A stretch of DNA of 64,000 nucleotides from Adineta vaga. Taxonomy: Eukaryota; Animalia; Rotifera. Below the pieces are notes generated by a model. It was given only the letters and a program-made list of their open reading frames with translations. It made no database searches and had not been told where the DNA came from. A program made the translations under genes and the position numbers. Below, in pieces: positions 26,201 to 40,883 of the stretch. The first letter of the stretch is position 1; every line of letters begins with the position of its first letter. The stretch spans positions 6,758,001 to 6,822,000 of the forward strand of contig CP075497.1 of the NCBI GenBank assembly GCA_021613535.1, read 5' to 3'.

Positions 26201-26942
26201 ATGAAACCGATGGATGATGATTGCTTGAAAATCTTTCTTAGTAATCTTAATGGTCAGATTAATACTGAAGATATACATCGATTTTTTGATCATTTTGGAA
26301 CTATTGAACACATCGAATCTTGGACACCCAAATCTGCAATAATTCTTTTTTCGGATGAAAAATCAATTGATCGTGTTCTTTCAAAACATCGAAAATGTAC
26401 AATTAATAAACAGGAAATCTTCATTCGTCGTATTCGTCATGGATATATTGATCGAGCATATATGGATTCATCTGTATTGTTTATAAAAGCATTCAATCTT
26501 GATTCCTCATTGACATGGAATGATGAAAGAATTCGTAAATGTTTTCATGAATATGAAACATATATAAAAGAAATTCGAATTGTATCGAAATCTTGTCATG
26601 CATTTATTCATTTTGATGATTATGATATCGTCGATCGAATACTTCTTCAAATAGATGTGTTTAAAATTGATGGAAATAAACTTGAAATGAAACGAGCAAA
26701 ATGTCATACGAAACAAATGGAAGAAGATGAATGTTATGTACAAAAATTGGTGAAAGAAAATCAAATTTTGAAGAGAAAAATTGAACGTAAGATTAACAGA
26801 ACTTTGTTATTTTTATATTGAAATTATCTCTTTTTTTATAGGATTAGAAATTGATTCGCATGATGAAATGAAACATCTCAAACATAAAATTCGTAAATTA
26901 AAGCAAGAATTAGTTTATTTCGCATCTCGACATCATAACTGA
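26201..26942 (+). CDS. Two-RRM RNA-binding protein with a C-terminal coiled coil
   Basis: RNP2-like KIFLSNL, FDHFGTIEHI; second RRM with HAFIHFDDYDIVDRI; spliced tail LVKENQILKRKIER|LEIDSHDEMKHLKHKIRKLKQEL. Confidence 0.8.
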
Positions 26943-27384
26943 AAATTTGAATATAATTATGTAACAAACGTTTTTGTTTTGTGTCGATGTAATTGTTTAT
27001 TTTTGTTTTCTATACTCGACATGTTGATGTTATTTTGTTTTGTAATTTTTTTTTCTTCAAATTATTGAATAAATTAATTGTAATAATTAAGCCTTTACAT
27101 TTTATCTGTATGTTTAACCTGAGCTTAAATGTCAACAGTAATAATAAAGAAGAAAAAGATGTTTAGAGATATACTAACTATAATCATAGAATATCTCTAA
27201 GTAATAATTATGCGAGTCATATGTAACTGAAGAAGATTAAAAATAAGATTTTTCCTTTAAGAGTGTGAATATAATTGAATAACAAGTAAGTTATTTGAAA
27301 ACAATAATAATAATTAACTAGCGCACTTTAATTAAATAAGATAAATATTCATGTGAATCTCCTCCGTGACATTGAGGGAAAAAA

Positions 27385-28000
27385 ACCAACCATTGTAATA
27401 AAAATATCTTCCGTTTTTTTTGTCGATTTTGTCAAAGATATTTCGAGCTTGATCAATATCACTTGATTTACCCTATTGATATCTATAAAGAAGTTCATTT
27501 AGTTTTAAAAGTATATTATTGACAAAAAATCAAATGATTTTTGAAATAGATTATGTTTCATATAAACTTGCATGATTATTGTATAGATAATCAAATCTTT
27601 CTTTTTTATCTGTTTAAATAAATATTCAGCACGTTGAATATCATTAAACTTCATACACATATCAATAGCTGAACGAATTAATTTTTGATGTTGAAAAAAA
27701 AAAGTTGATAATTTATTGAATACAGCGTTTCCAATTGTAATCGCATATTTATTCGAAAGTTTAGCACAAGTATTATATAATATTGTTATAATTACTTCAT
27801 CATAATCTATGGAAATTTTTCAAAAAACTCGATTACTTTCTCGGACATATCATTGGACACATAAGCTATTCATTAATTGATTATTAAAAAACAATTATTA
27901 GACAAGAAACTAACCTTTGAGCATACCATCATACATAAAAAAATTTTATTCTCAACATTCGAGAAGATTCGATAAGCGTAAACGAATATGCCTTAAGATC
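27385..28000 (-). pseudogene. Degraded pentatricopeptide-repeat (PLS-like PPR) gene
   Basis: Manual translation: MYDGMLK|AYVSNDMSEKVIEFFEK (frameshift) DEVIITILYNTCAKLSNKYAITIGNAVFNKL...LIRSAIDMCMKFNDIQRAEYLFKQIKKKDLIIYTIIMQVYMKHNLFQKSFDF (frameshift) ...GKSSDIDQARNIFDKIDKKTEDIFITMV. Not present in the ORF track. Confidence 0.8.
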
Positions 28001-28620
28001 ATCTGAAGAGAGAAAAGAAAAATCAATCAAAATACATTCATAAGCGCTACAATCCGTATGAATTACATTGACCTAGATGAAATTAAAAAATATGTCTCAT
28101 GCCGAATAGTTCGATAGTTTTCATGTAGTCTATATAAATGATTAATTGACCTTTTTTTTTAGTAATACAACGTTAAGACATGAAACCAGTAACAGTTCAT
28201 ATGGAATCAACTTTGGGTCAAATTCGGACTGATTTTTTTGTGATTTTCGGTTTTCGCGAAGGATAAGAAAAGACACAATTATTTATAGTGTGATCAGAGT
28301 TGAGCTCGGTGGCAGATTCTTTCCGTTCTGGAAATATCAAGCTTAAGAATATTCTACTTGAACTGTCTCTTAATCTCGAATTTTCTCACCTTTTTCTTCC
28401 TCTCTTTTGCGTGTTCCTCTTCTTCTATCTATAATGTTTTCTTTCACCTATATATCTCTGTTGACATGACAGCAGCAAAATGACAGATACGACACATAAG
28501 CTATTCTCTCTCCTTCTCATATTTCATTTATTGCGTTCATATCTATAAATAAAAGAGAAGAGTTGCAAAATTGCAGATTTGTGTTCTTCTCTTTACATTA
28601 TAGATTGAACATCTTGTAAA

Positions 28621-31600
28621 ATGTCTCTATCGTTATTTGAAGCATGTCAAAAAAATAAACCTGATTGTGTCAAAACTTTAATTGATGAAAAGGTAAGAAA
28701 AGTGTACTTATTCAAAATCTATTTTGATATCAAACCAATCATTTAGGTTGATTTGATTCAAGTCGATGATCAAGGACGATCAGCATTACACAATTGTTGT
28801 GATAATAAAAATATACATTGTGCTCGTCTCTTACTTGAAAATGATGAAATACGAAATCAAATTCTTGATTTACAAGATAATGAAGGTTGTTCAGCACTTC
28901 ATTTAGGTATATGATTAGAAAATGGACAATTTCATGTATTGAGAGTAATATTTGCATAAATTATAGCATGTATGAATGGTAATGAAAATATGGTCAAATT
29001 TTTATGTGAAAAAGGTGCAAATGTAAATCTAGTTGACAATGAATCTCATTCGTTAGTCCATTGGATCACAGGTAAAGTTGTTTATTTCATTGGATTCAAC
29101 GTAACCTTAGAAAATTGATTAGTCTGTGGACATCTTCATTTGTTCGAAATTCTTCTTCAATACAAAGCTTCTTTACACACGGTGGATATTCATAAAGCTT
29201 TTCCTATTCATTATGCTTCTCAATTATGCGGTGTGCCAACGAATGAAGATTTAAAAATCGATGTAGTAAAAGGTAAAGATCGATTTTTGAATGAACTTTG
29301 TTTTCTTCCAATGTATGATTTTTTTAATCTTAGCTTTGGCAATTTTACAGATATTTATTGATCGTAAAGTGGATATTGATTGCACAGATGGACAACATCG
29401 AACACCATTAATGTGGGCTGCTAGTGCAGGTTAAATAGTGTTTTCGCTTTAAATTGAAAAGACTTTTTCTTGAGGATTTGAGAAGATTATGAATGCATGA
29501 TTATTAGTATTTCTTTGCATGAATCAAACTAGTATGAATCGGAAATGTGAAGAACGTTTGTACTATTAATAGATTTCTCATGTTGTTTGCTTTCTAATTG
29601 TTGCATGAATTTTTTATTAAACATCTATCACGTATCTTTTAGGTGCTTCAGATGCGTTACGTTTATTATATAAATATGGTGCCAATCAATTGCACGTCGA
29701 TAAAGATTCTCTAACTGGTATGAATCAATTTATAGATATCTACTTTTTCCGAATGTTGACTTTTATTTAGCACTCCATTGTGCAGCCACTCGTGGTCATA
29801 CTGCTTGTATTCGAATGCTAGTAGAACAATGTGGATGTCCATTAGAAGGTTTGATTAAAACAAAACACATAGAAGACTTGAATATTGTTTTCATATTGAA
29901 ATGAATATTTAGGAGAAGATGTCAATGGTTGTACCGCTTTATTCTATGCCATTACATTAAATCATCCAAATGCATGTAAATTATTACTTGAATTAAAAGC
30001 TGATTCAGATCATACAGATAATCGTGGACGAACGTATGTTTCTCAATAGAAGCAATTTCATTCTTACATATACATATTCAATTTAGACCAAGTCATTGTG
30101 CGATTTCAAAAGGAAATCTTGTGTGTTTAAAATATCTACTTGAATCACATGCAAATATATGGATACAAAATAAACGTGGTGATTATCCTATTCATGAAGT
30201 CATTCAGTCACTTGCTATGAATAAAAGTGGTCAGCAAATGAATAAACCTTCTCGAATTTATGGTAAAAAAAAACAAATACATTTTGAAAGTACTGGTAGT
30301 TTCTACAGAAATCAAATCTACTTTTTCTAGATGTAATTCGATATATTTTCAAATTATATCCATATAAAATTAATATTCAAAGTGATGAACGTCGAACTCC
30401 TCTTCATCTCGCAGCTAGTTTTGGCGATATTGAAACATGTGAAGTTTTAATTCAATGTGGAGCAAATAGCAATTCATTCATACGAACATCCGCAGTACGT
30501 GAAACTTTATATATATAAAGAAAAATAATCTTATCTATTCAAAGATTTCATTTGAAATTTGACTAAAATCAGTTTGTTCATAACAGAAAACGAGTTTGAA
30601 AGGAATAAAATGACTACGTCTAATCTGACAGATGCAGAATACTATTTCCTTGACATATCAAAATGAATTTTCTCAAGTTGAGAAATAGGAGAAGACAAGA
30701 TAGTTAATATAAAAGGAAGTTTCTTTTCCTTGAACAGATAGATTGAGATCGACATGCATATTGTATACAGGAAGTACCCGTCAAATTAAGAAAATAGTAA
30801 AAGATCGAATTGAACTCTGTAGGGTAATTATTTGACTCCATATGACTTGGCTCGAATACGTGGTCATCAAGTATGTGTAGATTATTTGGTGAGCAAATAT
30901 GGAGGTCAACGTGGTAATTTACTTGCAAATATTTATGCTCGTCGTATACAAAAATATTATCGTCAGTATAAATCAAGGAAGAATGTGTTAATTACTCATC
31001 AAAATGATTCGTCTTCGAAACAAAATAATGATTCATTGAAAAAAATCAACAAAATACCATTAAAAACAAGCAAATCAAAAAATATTCTACTCAAACAAGC
31101 ACAAGTCTGTTTAGATAATAAAAAATTAGATGATCGATTAAAAGCGCATTCATTAAATACTCAATCATTTCGAAAAAATAGTCTACTATTCGATGATAAT
31201 AATGCACAGGAACGACGTCGTGTTTTTGCGAAATCAAAAACGACTGTCTCATTATTGAATCAAAGTGATGAAGCAAGGTTATTTGAATTGATTTTCTTCT
31301 TTAGAAAGTATCTCATTTTGAGTTCTTCTATTGTTATTTAAGATTAGATCTCTCGAATAAAGTTATTATTCATACATCAAATTCTATTGCAACATCTAAC
31401 AAATTATATGATCGACGAAAATTAATTGCAGAAGAATTACATAAATTAAAACAAGCACGATTACAAAATCAATTTGTACAAAAATCGATCTTTAGAAATT
31501 TCGAAAAAAAATTTATTGAAATTCTTTTATTTAGATCGTAATTAATCGACCATTGTATAAGATTTTAATTGAAAATGCTTTCAATCCTCAAAATCGTCGT

Positions 31601-31784
31601 TCTGATGAAATTGAAAAATATCTGGAAACATTACTCAAAGCATACGATGCAGAATTAGAAGCGATTCGAAAACGTACTAAAGTAAAAATAAAGAAAATTT
31701 CCATTGCTTTAACATCGATTTCAAAACGATTTCTTTTAGAGTGTACCACCAAAACTAGCTCGACGTACTTCTCAGCTGTTTTAA
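28621..31784 (+). CDS. Ankyrin-repeat protein with IQ motif (inversin-like architecture), multi-exon
   Basis: Ankyrin consensus in successive exons: GRSALH, GCSALHL|ACMNGNENMVKFL, AFPIHYA, RTPLMWAA, TALHCAATRGH, GDYPIH, RTPLHLAASFGDIETCEVLIQCGA, TPYDLARIRGH; IQ motif ARRIQKYYRQY. Confidence 0.88.
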
Positions 31785-32160
31785 TCAATTAATCTTCGTC
31801 AAACATCAACATTCGAGACAAATATAAAAAAAATAATGTATACTCTCGTCACTACCTTTTTTTCGTTTCTTTTTCTTTTCTATCAAATTGTACATATAAT
31901 ATATTTCCTTTTTTTCTCTTTTTCTTCGTTAATAAATGCAAGCATAAATATCACCTTGGAAAAATGACAGTCAATATCAACGAACGAATGATACGCTTGA
32001 TCGAACTATTCATGTCTCAAGAAAAAAGCGGAACAGCACGTACTCGTTCTTTTTCCTACCAAATTACATCCGACAGTGTGGTGTCGATGTCATGATTTTC
32101 AGTTTTCTTTGTTACCTTTAACGAAACATTATTTTAGATATTTTATTTTTCACTTGAAGA

Positions 32161-34359
<2,199 letters not shown>

Positions 34360-34873
34360 AAAAAACGACTCAGCGTGTTATCTTTATGTATGTGAAAAGA
34401 GAGGATGGGAGAGAAAAATGCGCATAACTTTGCTTATTTCTTTTTTTGTCTATGTGCGTTCTGTAAGAGTGTGTGTGTGTGTGTTTTATGTGTTCTTAAC
34501 AGAAAGAAATACATCTCTTGGCTTTTCCGAGAGGAAAGAGAGAAAAAGAAGAGGAAATTCTTATTTCTCTCGGTCTCATTTGTGTGTTGTGTTTGACAAA
34601 AGCGTCAGAATGAGTGGAACTAGAACCTAATTTTGTTCTTCCTCTAACTCGACTATTGCTGTTCGTACGCTCGATGATCAGTGGGGCAAATTTTTCTTTT
34701 CCGGCACTAAGATAATCATCAATAGTTGTCGATGTTTCTATTGATTTGATCAGTCATAATGATGGTATGTAAAAACACAATCTATGAACAAGAGAAAAGG
34801 CAAAACTTTTTCAGTTCATTATTTTTTTCCTTTCCAGTTTAAATTTTTTCTAATTTAAACTTGCAAACACTTC

Positions 34874-36517
34874 ATGGCAGTCAATTTAATTAGTAATTCG
34901 GATGTTGATGCACGTGTTATCCTTAATGTTGGTGGTGCACGTTTCGAAACACTAAAATCTACTCTAAGAAAACTCCCAGCTACACGTTTATCGAAATTAA
35001 CGGAACAATTATCTTATTACGATCCAATATTAAATGAATACTTTTTTGATCGTCATCCAGGTGTCTTTTCTCAAGTGTTAAATTACTATCGAACAGGAAA
35101 ATTACATTATCCATTAAATGTATGTGGACCTTTATTTGAAGATGAACTATCCTATTGGGGTTTACAACGTGAAGATGTTGAGCCATGTTGTTGGTAAATA
35201 TAAACTTTTGAGTAGATTGAAAAAGTTTTTCTTTTTTTCTTTAATTTTTAATTTCCAGGATGACTTATACAAAGCATCGTTCAACTGCAGAAACATTATC
35301 GATATTAGATAGTTTAGAATTAGATACCGTTCGTTCTTCTCGTCAGGAAATTATTAAAAAATTTGGTTGGGATGATAATTATGAATATGTTCAAGGTCGT
35401 TTACCAAAATATAAAAAAATGATGATGATTATTTGGCAAATATTTGAAGAACCAAGATCATCAACAATTGCTAAAGTTGTTACTGTGATTTCCATATTTT
35501 TTATTCTTGTTTCAATTCTTTCATTTGTTTTACAAACTTTATCAATGTTTCGTATTACAGAAATTGATTTTGTCGATGTTTATATTAATAAAACAGCAAC
35601 TGAACGAACACCAACATTAAATCGACAACAAGTACATCCATCGTTTGATATAGTCGAATGGATTTGTATGTTAAAAATCGATCTTATTTTACTTTTTTCA
35701 TTCAATTCAACATGTATTTTTTTAGGTAATTCATGGTTTATATTTGAAATAGTTATTCGATTTCTTGTTAGTCCAAATAAACGAGAATTCTCTAAATCAA
35801 TTCTGAATATTATTGATTTTCTTGCTACGTTTTGGTTCTTTTTCACATGGGGATTAACAAAATTAAATGTGAATGATAATGAAGCACTTGATCTTTTATC
35901 AACGATTCGTATTATGCGTTTATTTAAACTATTTAATCATCATCCTGGTTTAAAAGTGATTATAACGTCGATGAAATATTCATCGTCAGTTTTATGGTTA
36001 CTGATATTTTTCGTTTTAATTGCTGTCGCAGTTTTTGCTTCATTAATCTATTATGCTGAACGGATGACTACTCGACATCCGGATGAAAATATGTTTAAAT
36101 CAATTCCTGATGCTCTATGGTTCAATATAATAACAATGTCAACAATTGGTTATGGAGATTTATATCCAAAGACAATGTTAGGAATGTTAATCGGTGCTGT
36201 TGCAACAGGTTAAGAAAACGGAATCTTTCCTCCTTCAATTTAAAATCATACAAATCTTTTTTTGTGCTTTTGTAGTTGCTGGTGTATTGATTATTGATTT
36301 ACCGATGCCGATTATTGTTGAATCATTTGCAAATTTTTATACGCATCTTCGTGCACGATCAAAATTACCGAAAACTCGAAGAAAAATTGGTCCGGCTGAA
36401 CCAACCGTGAAAAAACGTACACCAGTATCAGTGGTCGATAATGGACAGAGTTTGAAATTACTTGGTCCATCAACAAAAACATCAATGTTTGGAAGTAAAG
36501 CAAATATGATGGCTTAA
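34874..36517 (+). CDS. Shaw: Voltage-gated K+ channel, Shaw/Kv3 subfamily
   Basis: T1 domain ([45 protein letters not shown]); S4 IRIMRLFKL; pore [12 protein letters not shown]; S6 [13 protein letters not shown]. Confidence 0.95.
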
Positions 36518-36696
36518 AAGATATTTATTTTTTATTAATATTAAGTGAATTGATATGAGAGACGAGAAAAAAGAGTAAATGAACTATAATATTGAATATT
36601 AACTTTCGATACGTGTGATTTCCTACAAGAAAAAATAACAAATATTTTATGTTAACAAATAAAACAAAAACACTGGTCTTTTCTTTGATAAAAATT

Positions 36697-36879
36697 TCAA
36701 CAAACCTCTTTTTTTTCTTCGGTATGAATTGTTGAACCATCTGCAGATTGATACACTTTTGTTGTTGTAATTTTCGTTGTTGTTGATTCTGGAATCTCTT
36801 CCGCTGCTATAGGTACAGATGGTTCTACAATCGTTCGAATTGTTGAATCCGTTTTTGCTGATTTACATGTATTACCCAT
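36697..36879 (-). CDS. 60-aa microprotein with an MGNxC lipidation-type N-terminus
   Basis: MGNTCKSAK...EEKKEVC*; AAAATGG start context; TATAAAA upstream on the minus strand (~36995-37001); AATAAA downstream (~36524-36533). Confidence 0.55.
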   Translation of the reverse strand: MGNTCKSAKTDSTIRTIVEPSVPIAAEEIPESTTTKITTTKVYQSADGSTIHTEEKKEVC

Positions 36880-36948
36880 TTCGTTTTGTTCTTACTTCCG
36901 AGAAAAGAAAGATTGTATCAGACAGAACAACTGACGTTATATATTAAA

Positions 36949-36972
36949 TCAGACAGACAGACAGACAGACAG
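36949..36972. repeat. (AGAC)n tetranucleotide microsatellite
   Basis: cagacagacagacagacagacag. Confidence 0.85.
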
Positions 36973-37466
36973 TCAGTTCGTTTTCATTCTTCTCTTTTAT
37001 AATTTTCAATAGAGTCATCTGATATGTAAAGTGAATTGCTTCTTATCTCGAATATGTACATATAAGTATCTAGCAAACATGCTAATCTTGTTAAGCATAT
37101 TACAAATGCTAAATGAATCTAAGAATAAGAAAAATCAAGTATTCAATGATCATATTTCGATATTCGACAGATGGTGTTATTGTACAGTTGTTGGTGATTG
37201 ATAATTAATTCATTAATTAATTGACATAGATCAAAAGAAAATAATTCTTGAATTGATTCGAAAATTGTTTTATCAATTGAATATCGATCTCAAGAGTTTT
37301 TCAATAAAAAAACCTCATTGATTGGATATTGTTTGATGAAACTAATTGAATACTCAATTTTTCATGATCATCAAGCTCTCGTTCGTTCGTTCGTTCGTTC
37401 GGTTTTTTTTCGCTCAAAGTATGACAAAATCTCATTGTATTTTTCGTGATATTTTTTAAAAATAAT

Positions 37467-39518
37467 ATGTCTAATCGATTAGCTCGCGGGTAATGATAAT
37501 AATATTGAATTTGATTAAATTTGCTTGTCCTTTTTTTTTATTACAAGTTTTTTTCATCGGGATATATCAGGATTAGAAGCTGAAAAACTTCTCCAAGAAA
37601 AAAACATTCCCGGAAGTTTTCTTGTTCGACCATCACGAACAAAATCGGATGCGTATGTACTTTCTGTTCGGTAAGAATTGCAAAAGTGAAAGAAACGATA
37701 ATTAATAAGAATAAATGTTTTATTTTGTTTGAAAAGACGTGCAAATGGAGAAATTACACATATACGTATTCAAAGAACTAATGAAGGATTTGATCTTGGT
37801 GACAGACAAGAATGTTTTTCAACATTATATGATATGATTGATCATTATCGTCGGAATGGACGAGAACTACGTGAAAATAATAATGAATTTCTTGATTTAA
37901 CAAATCCTATTCTAGCACAAATGCCAACTTTTGAAAAGTAATTATAAATCATTTGATGAATCTTGTATTCTCATTGTCACTTAGATATTATCATGGACCA
38001 ATTTCACATAATCAAGTAATATCTCTTTTAAATAAATGTGAACATAGTGGTTCATTTCTTGTTCGCGATTCGGAAACAATACCTGGTGATTATGTTATTT
38101 GTTTAAAGACATCAGATGATATTACAAATATTAAAATCAAATATTCCAATGGTCGATGGTTTCTCGATGGAAAAGGTCGTCGTGAACAAATTGATCATTT
38201 TCAATCATTAGATGAATTAATTCATTTCTATTTAAAACATAATATTCTTGTTGGTATGAATGGTGCTGCTTTTCGTCTTGTTCAACCATGTACATCAAAT
38301 TGGTTTTATGCTCGAGATATTCATCAACGTTGTGAACATCTATCCAAAACAGTTACAACACAACATGGACAAAAAAATGGTTTTAGTGTCGAATTTGAAT
38401 TATTAAATCAACAATCAGAATCTCAATCATCAGCCTATCATAAAAGAAATGGTGAAAAATCTGATAATCGAATTCGAAATCGTTTTCGAAATATTTTACC
38501 ATATGATGAAACACGTGTTGTTCTTCGAAATTATACAGCTACTGATTATATGAATGGAAATCGTATTCGTACACCATCCGAAGGTTTTGGAAGGGAATAT
38601 ATCGCAACACAAGGACCTTTACCTGCAACAATTAATGATTTTTGGCATATGATACAACAAGAATCAGTCAAATGTATTGTGATGATTACACGAGAAACTG
38701 AAGGCACTAAAGTACGTATCTTTCATAGTGTGAAAGACGGGGAAAAGAAAGACTTCTTTTTAATCATTAAATAGAATAAATGTGCACGTTATTGGCCTGA
38801 ATTACATGCAGTAAAACAATATGGGACAATAATTGTTGAAAATATCAGTGAAACAAACTATGGTCCACCTCAGCTAATGAATACTTCTGCACGTTCACAT
38901 CGTGTATTACCATCACAAGCATCTGTTGATGATGATTGTTGTTATCGTTTACGTATATTACGAATAACAACAGAAGATCGAAGAACATGGGATATTTTTC
39001 ATTGGCAATATTTAGCATGGGGTGATCATGGTAAATCGATTTGAATCTTACTTTTGAAAGACTATTATTGATCTGTTGTTGTTATTATTTTTCTATCATA
39101 GATATTCCATTAATTACAAATCAACGTGATAATACTCAATTGACAATTCTTTTAGACTTTTTTGAACGTATTACACGTTCAAGTCCTATTGGAATTGCGA
39201 TGAATTCATCACCAATGATTGTTCATTGTAGTGCAGGAATTGGTCGATCTGGTGCAACAATAACAATTGATATTATACTAAATCGAATACGTATGGAAGG
39301 ATTGGATATTGAAATTGATATTCCAAATTTAGTAAAACACATTCGTTCTCAACGATCAGGTAAGTTTTATATGATTTCAAGTTTTTCTTGACGACATTGA
39401 AATTATTTTTTGCACAGGTCTGGTTCAAACTGAACGACAATATGAATTAATTTATCGTGTCGTTGAATATTTTGTTGAAAAAATTCAATATTCATCTGAC
39501 AATTTGAAAAAACAGTGA
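37467..39518 (+). CDS. Tandem-SH2 protein tyrosine phosphatase (SHP2/PTPN11/corkscrew-like), divergent
   Basis: [23 protein letters not shown]; second SH2 YYHGPIS...GSFLVRDSE; PTP domain [54 protein letters not shown]. Confidence 0.93.
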
Positions 39519-40069
39519 TACATTTCTTTCTATACATATTTTTGTTTTTAAATATTATTCTTATATGTAGACAGTTGTAGTCAGATTAATTCGTTTTAGG
39601 AAAATCACTCAAAATCTTACATAGTGATCTTAAGTTAATCTATCTCTACAGGTTCTTTTTGTAAACTTTCATTTATCTCGTTTCTTCTCTTTTAGTTATT
39701 ATTTATTTCTTTATGTTTCTTTTCTCAATCTCTTTTAGATAGTGATTCTAGATATGTTTTGACGAAAGAAGAAGTAAATTATGTGTTACGATAACATTGT
39801 ACCAAGTTGAATGATTGATCAACGTTGTTTACAGCAGTATGAGATCTAATTTGAATATTTGATTTTGTCAGATGTTTTTTTTAACAAGAAAAATTCATGT
39901 GCTTTCAAAACAATATGTGTGTTGTTATTGGTGACTGAAAAGGCTGAGTTGAAAATTGCTAAAACAAATAAAAAACGAAAGAAATACAGCTGAGGGTTGT
40001 TGTGAAAACAGCATTTCTTGAAAGAGAGCTCAAATAATTAGAACATTGAAGAAGAAAAACGAATTGAAA

Positions 40070-40540
40070 ATGTCAAGACAAAAACCAGAACGTGAAACAC
40101 GAACAGTGGAATATTGGGCAGGAAGACCCTTTAAACGAAGTTCTTCCGATCTCTTTCTTGATCGACCTGGACCATCGAATACTGTTTTTTCTGGTAATAG
40201 AATTTGTTCTCATTATTTTCATATCTAACAAATTTATCATCTAAAAGGTCCTAATGCATTATGGTTTAATCGTATTCCATCTCGCGAACATATTGGAGAT
40301 GTTGGTGAAGGTCAAGCATCGATTCTTCGTTCACTCGATGTTAGTTATTTAACAAGGTAATTGATTTTGAAAGAAAAATTTGTCTTCTAAAATAAATGTT
40401 TGCTATCATTTAATTGAAGAGGATATAACATAGAACCACCACTTCGTCGTTCTGCATATCCCGGTGAAATCGGTTGGACAGCAACCTTTTTTAATCGACA
40501 ATATCAACAAACACGACCGTATTCTACATGGCATTCCTAG
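40070..40540 (+). CDS. Small C4orf45/SPMIP2 (DUF4562)-like protein, three exons, probably ciliary
   Basis: Spliced VFS|GPNAL...VGEG...LDVSYLTR|GY...YPGEIGW matches the recalled family pattern FTGP...VGE...D..YLWR...GEIGW. Confidence 0.55.
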
Positions 40541-40883
40541 ATCTTATTTAGATGAAAACAAAAAGAGAAACTTCTTCCAATGTAATTTTTTTAGTATCCA
40601 ATGAAATAAACTTGTAAAAATTTTAATTATTAAACTATCATAAAAAAAATATTGGAAATCATCTGATTATTACAACATGTATCATCAGAATTTATGTAAA
40701 AACCAGGCAATTACAGATGTGATGCAATGTCTGTCTATATAATCGATAGATTCGTAGCGCCATCTTTCCAAAACATATTTTCTATAGGTAGTTGACAATG
40801 TCGAACAGAAAAAGTTAATCAATCTCTTGTACAGTAGTCTAGTAGTAGTTCTCATCACATTAGATGCAAAAAAATTTGATTTT

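Noticed and set aside
35666-35725. Apparent 20-aa insertion in the Shaw S2 region in the ORF track
   Set aside because: It is a 60-nt GT..AG intron that happens to be in frame and stop-free; removing it restores EWICNSWF.
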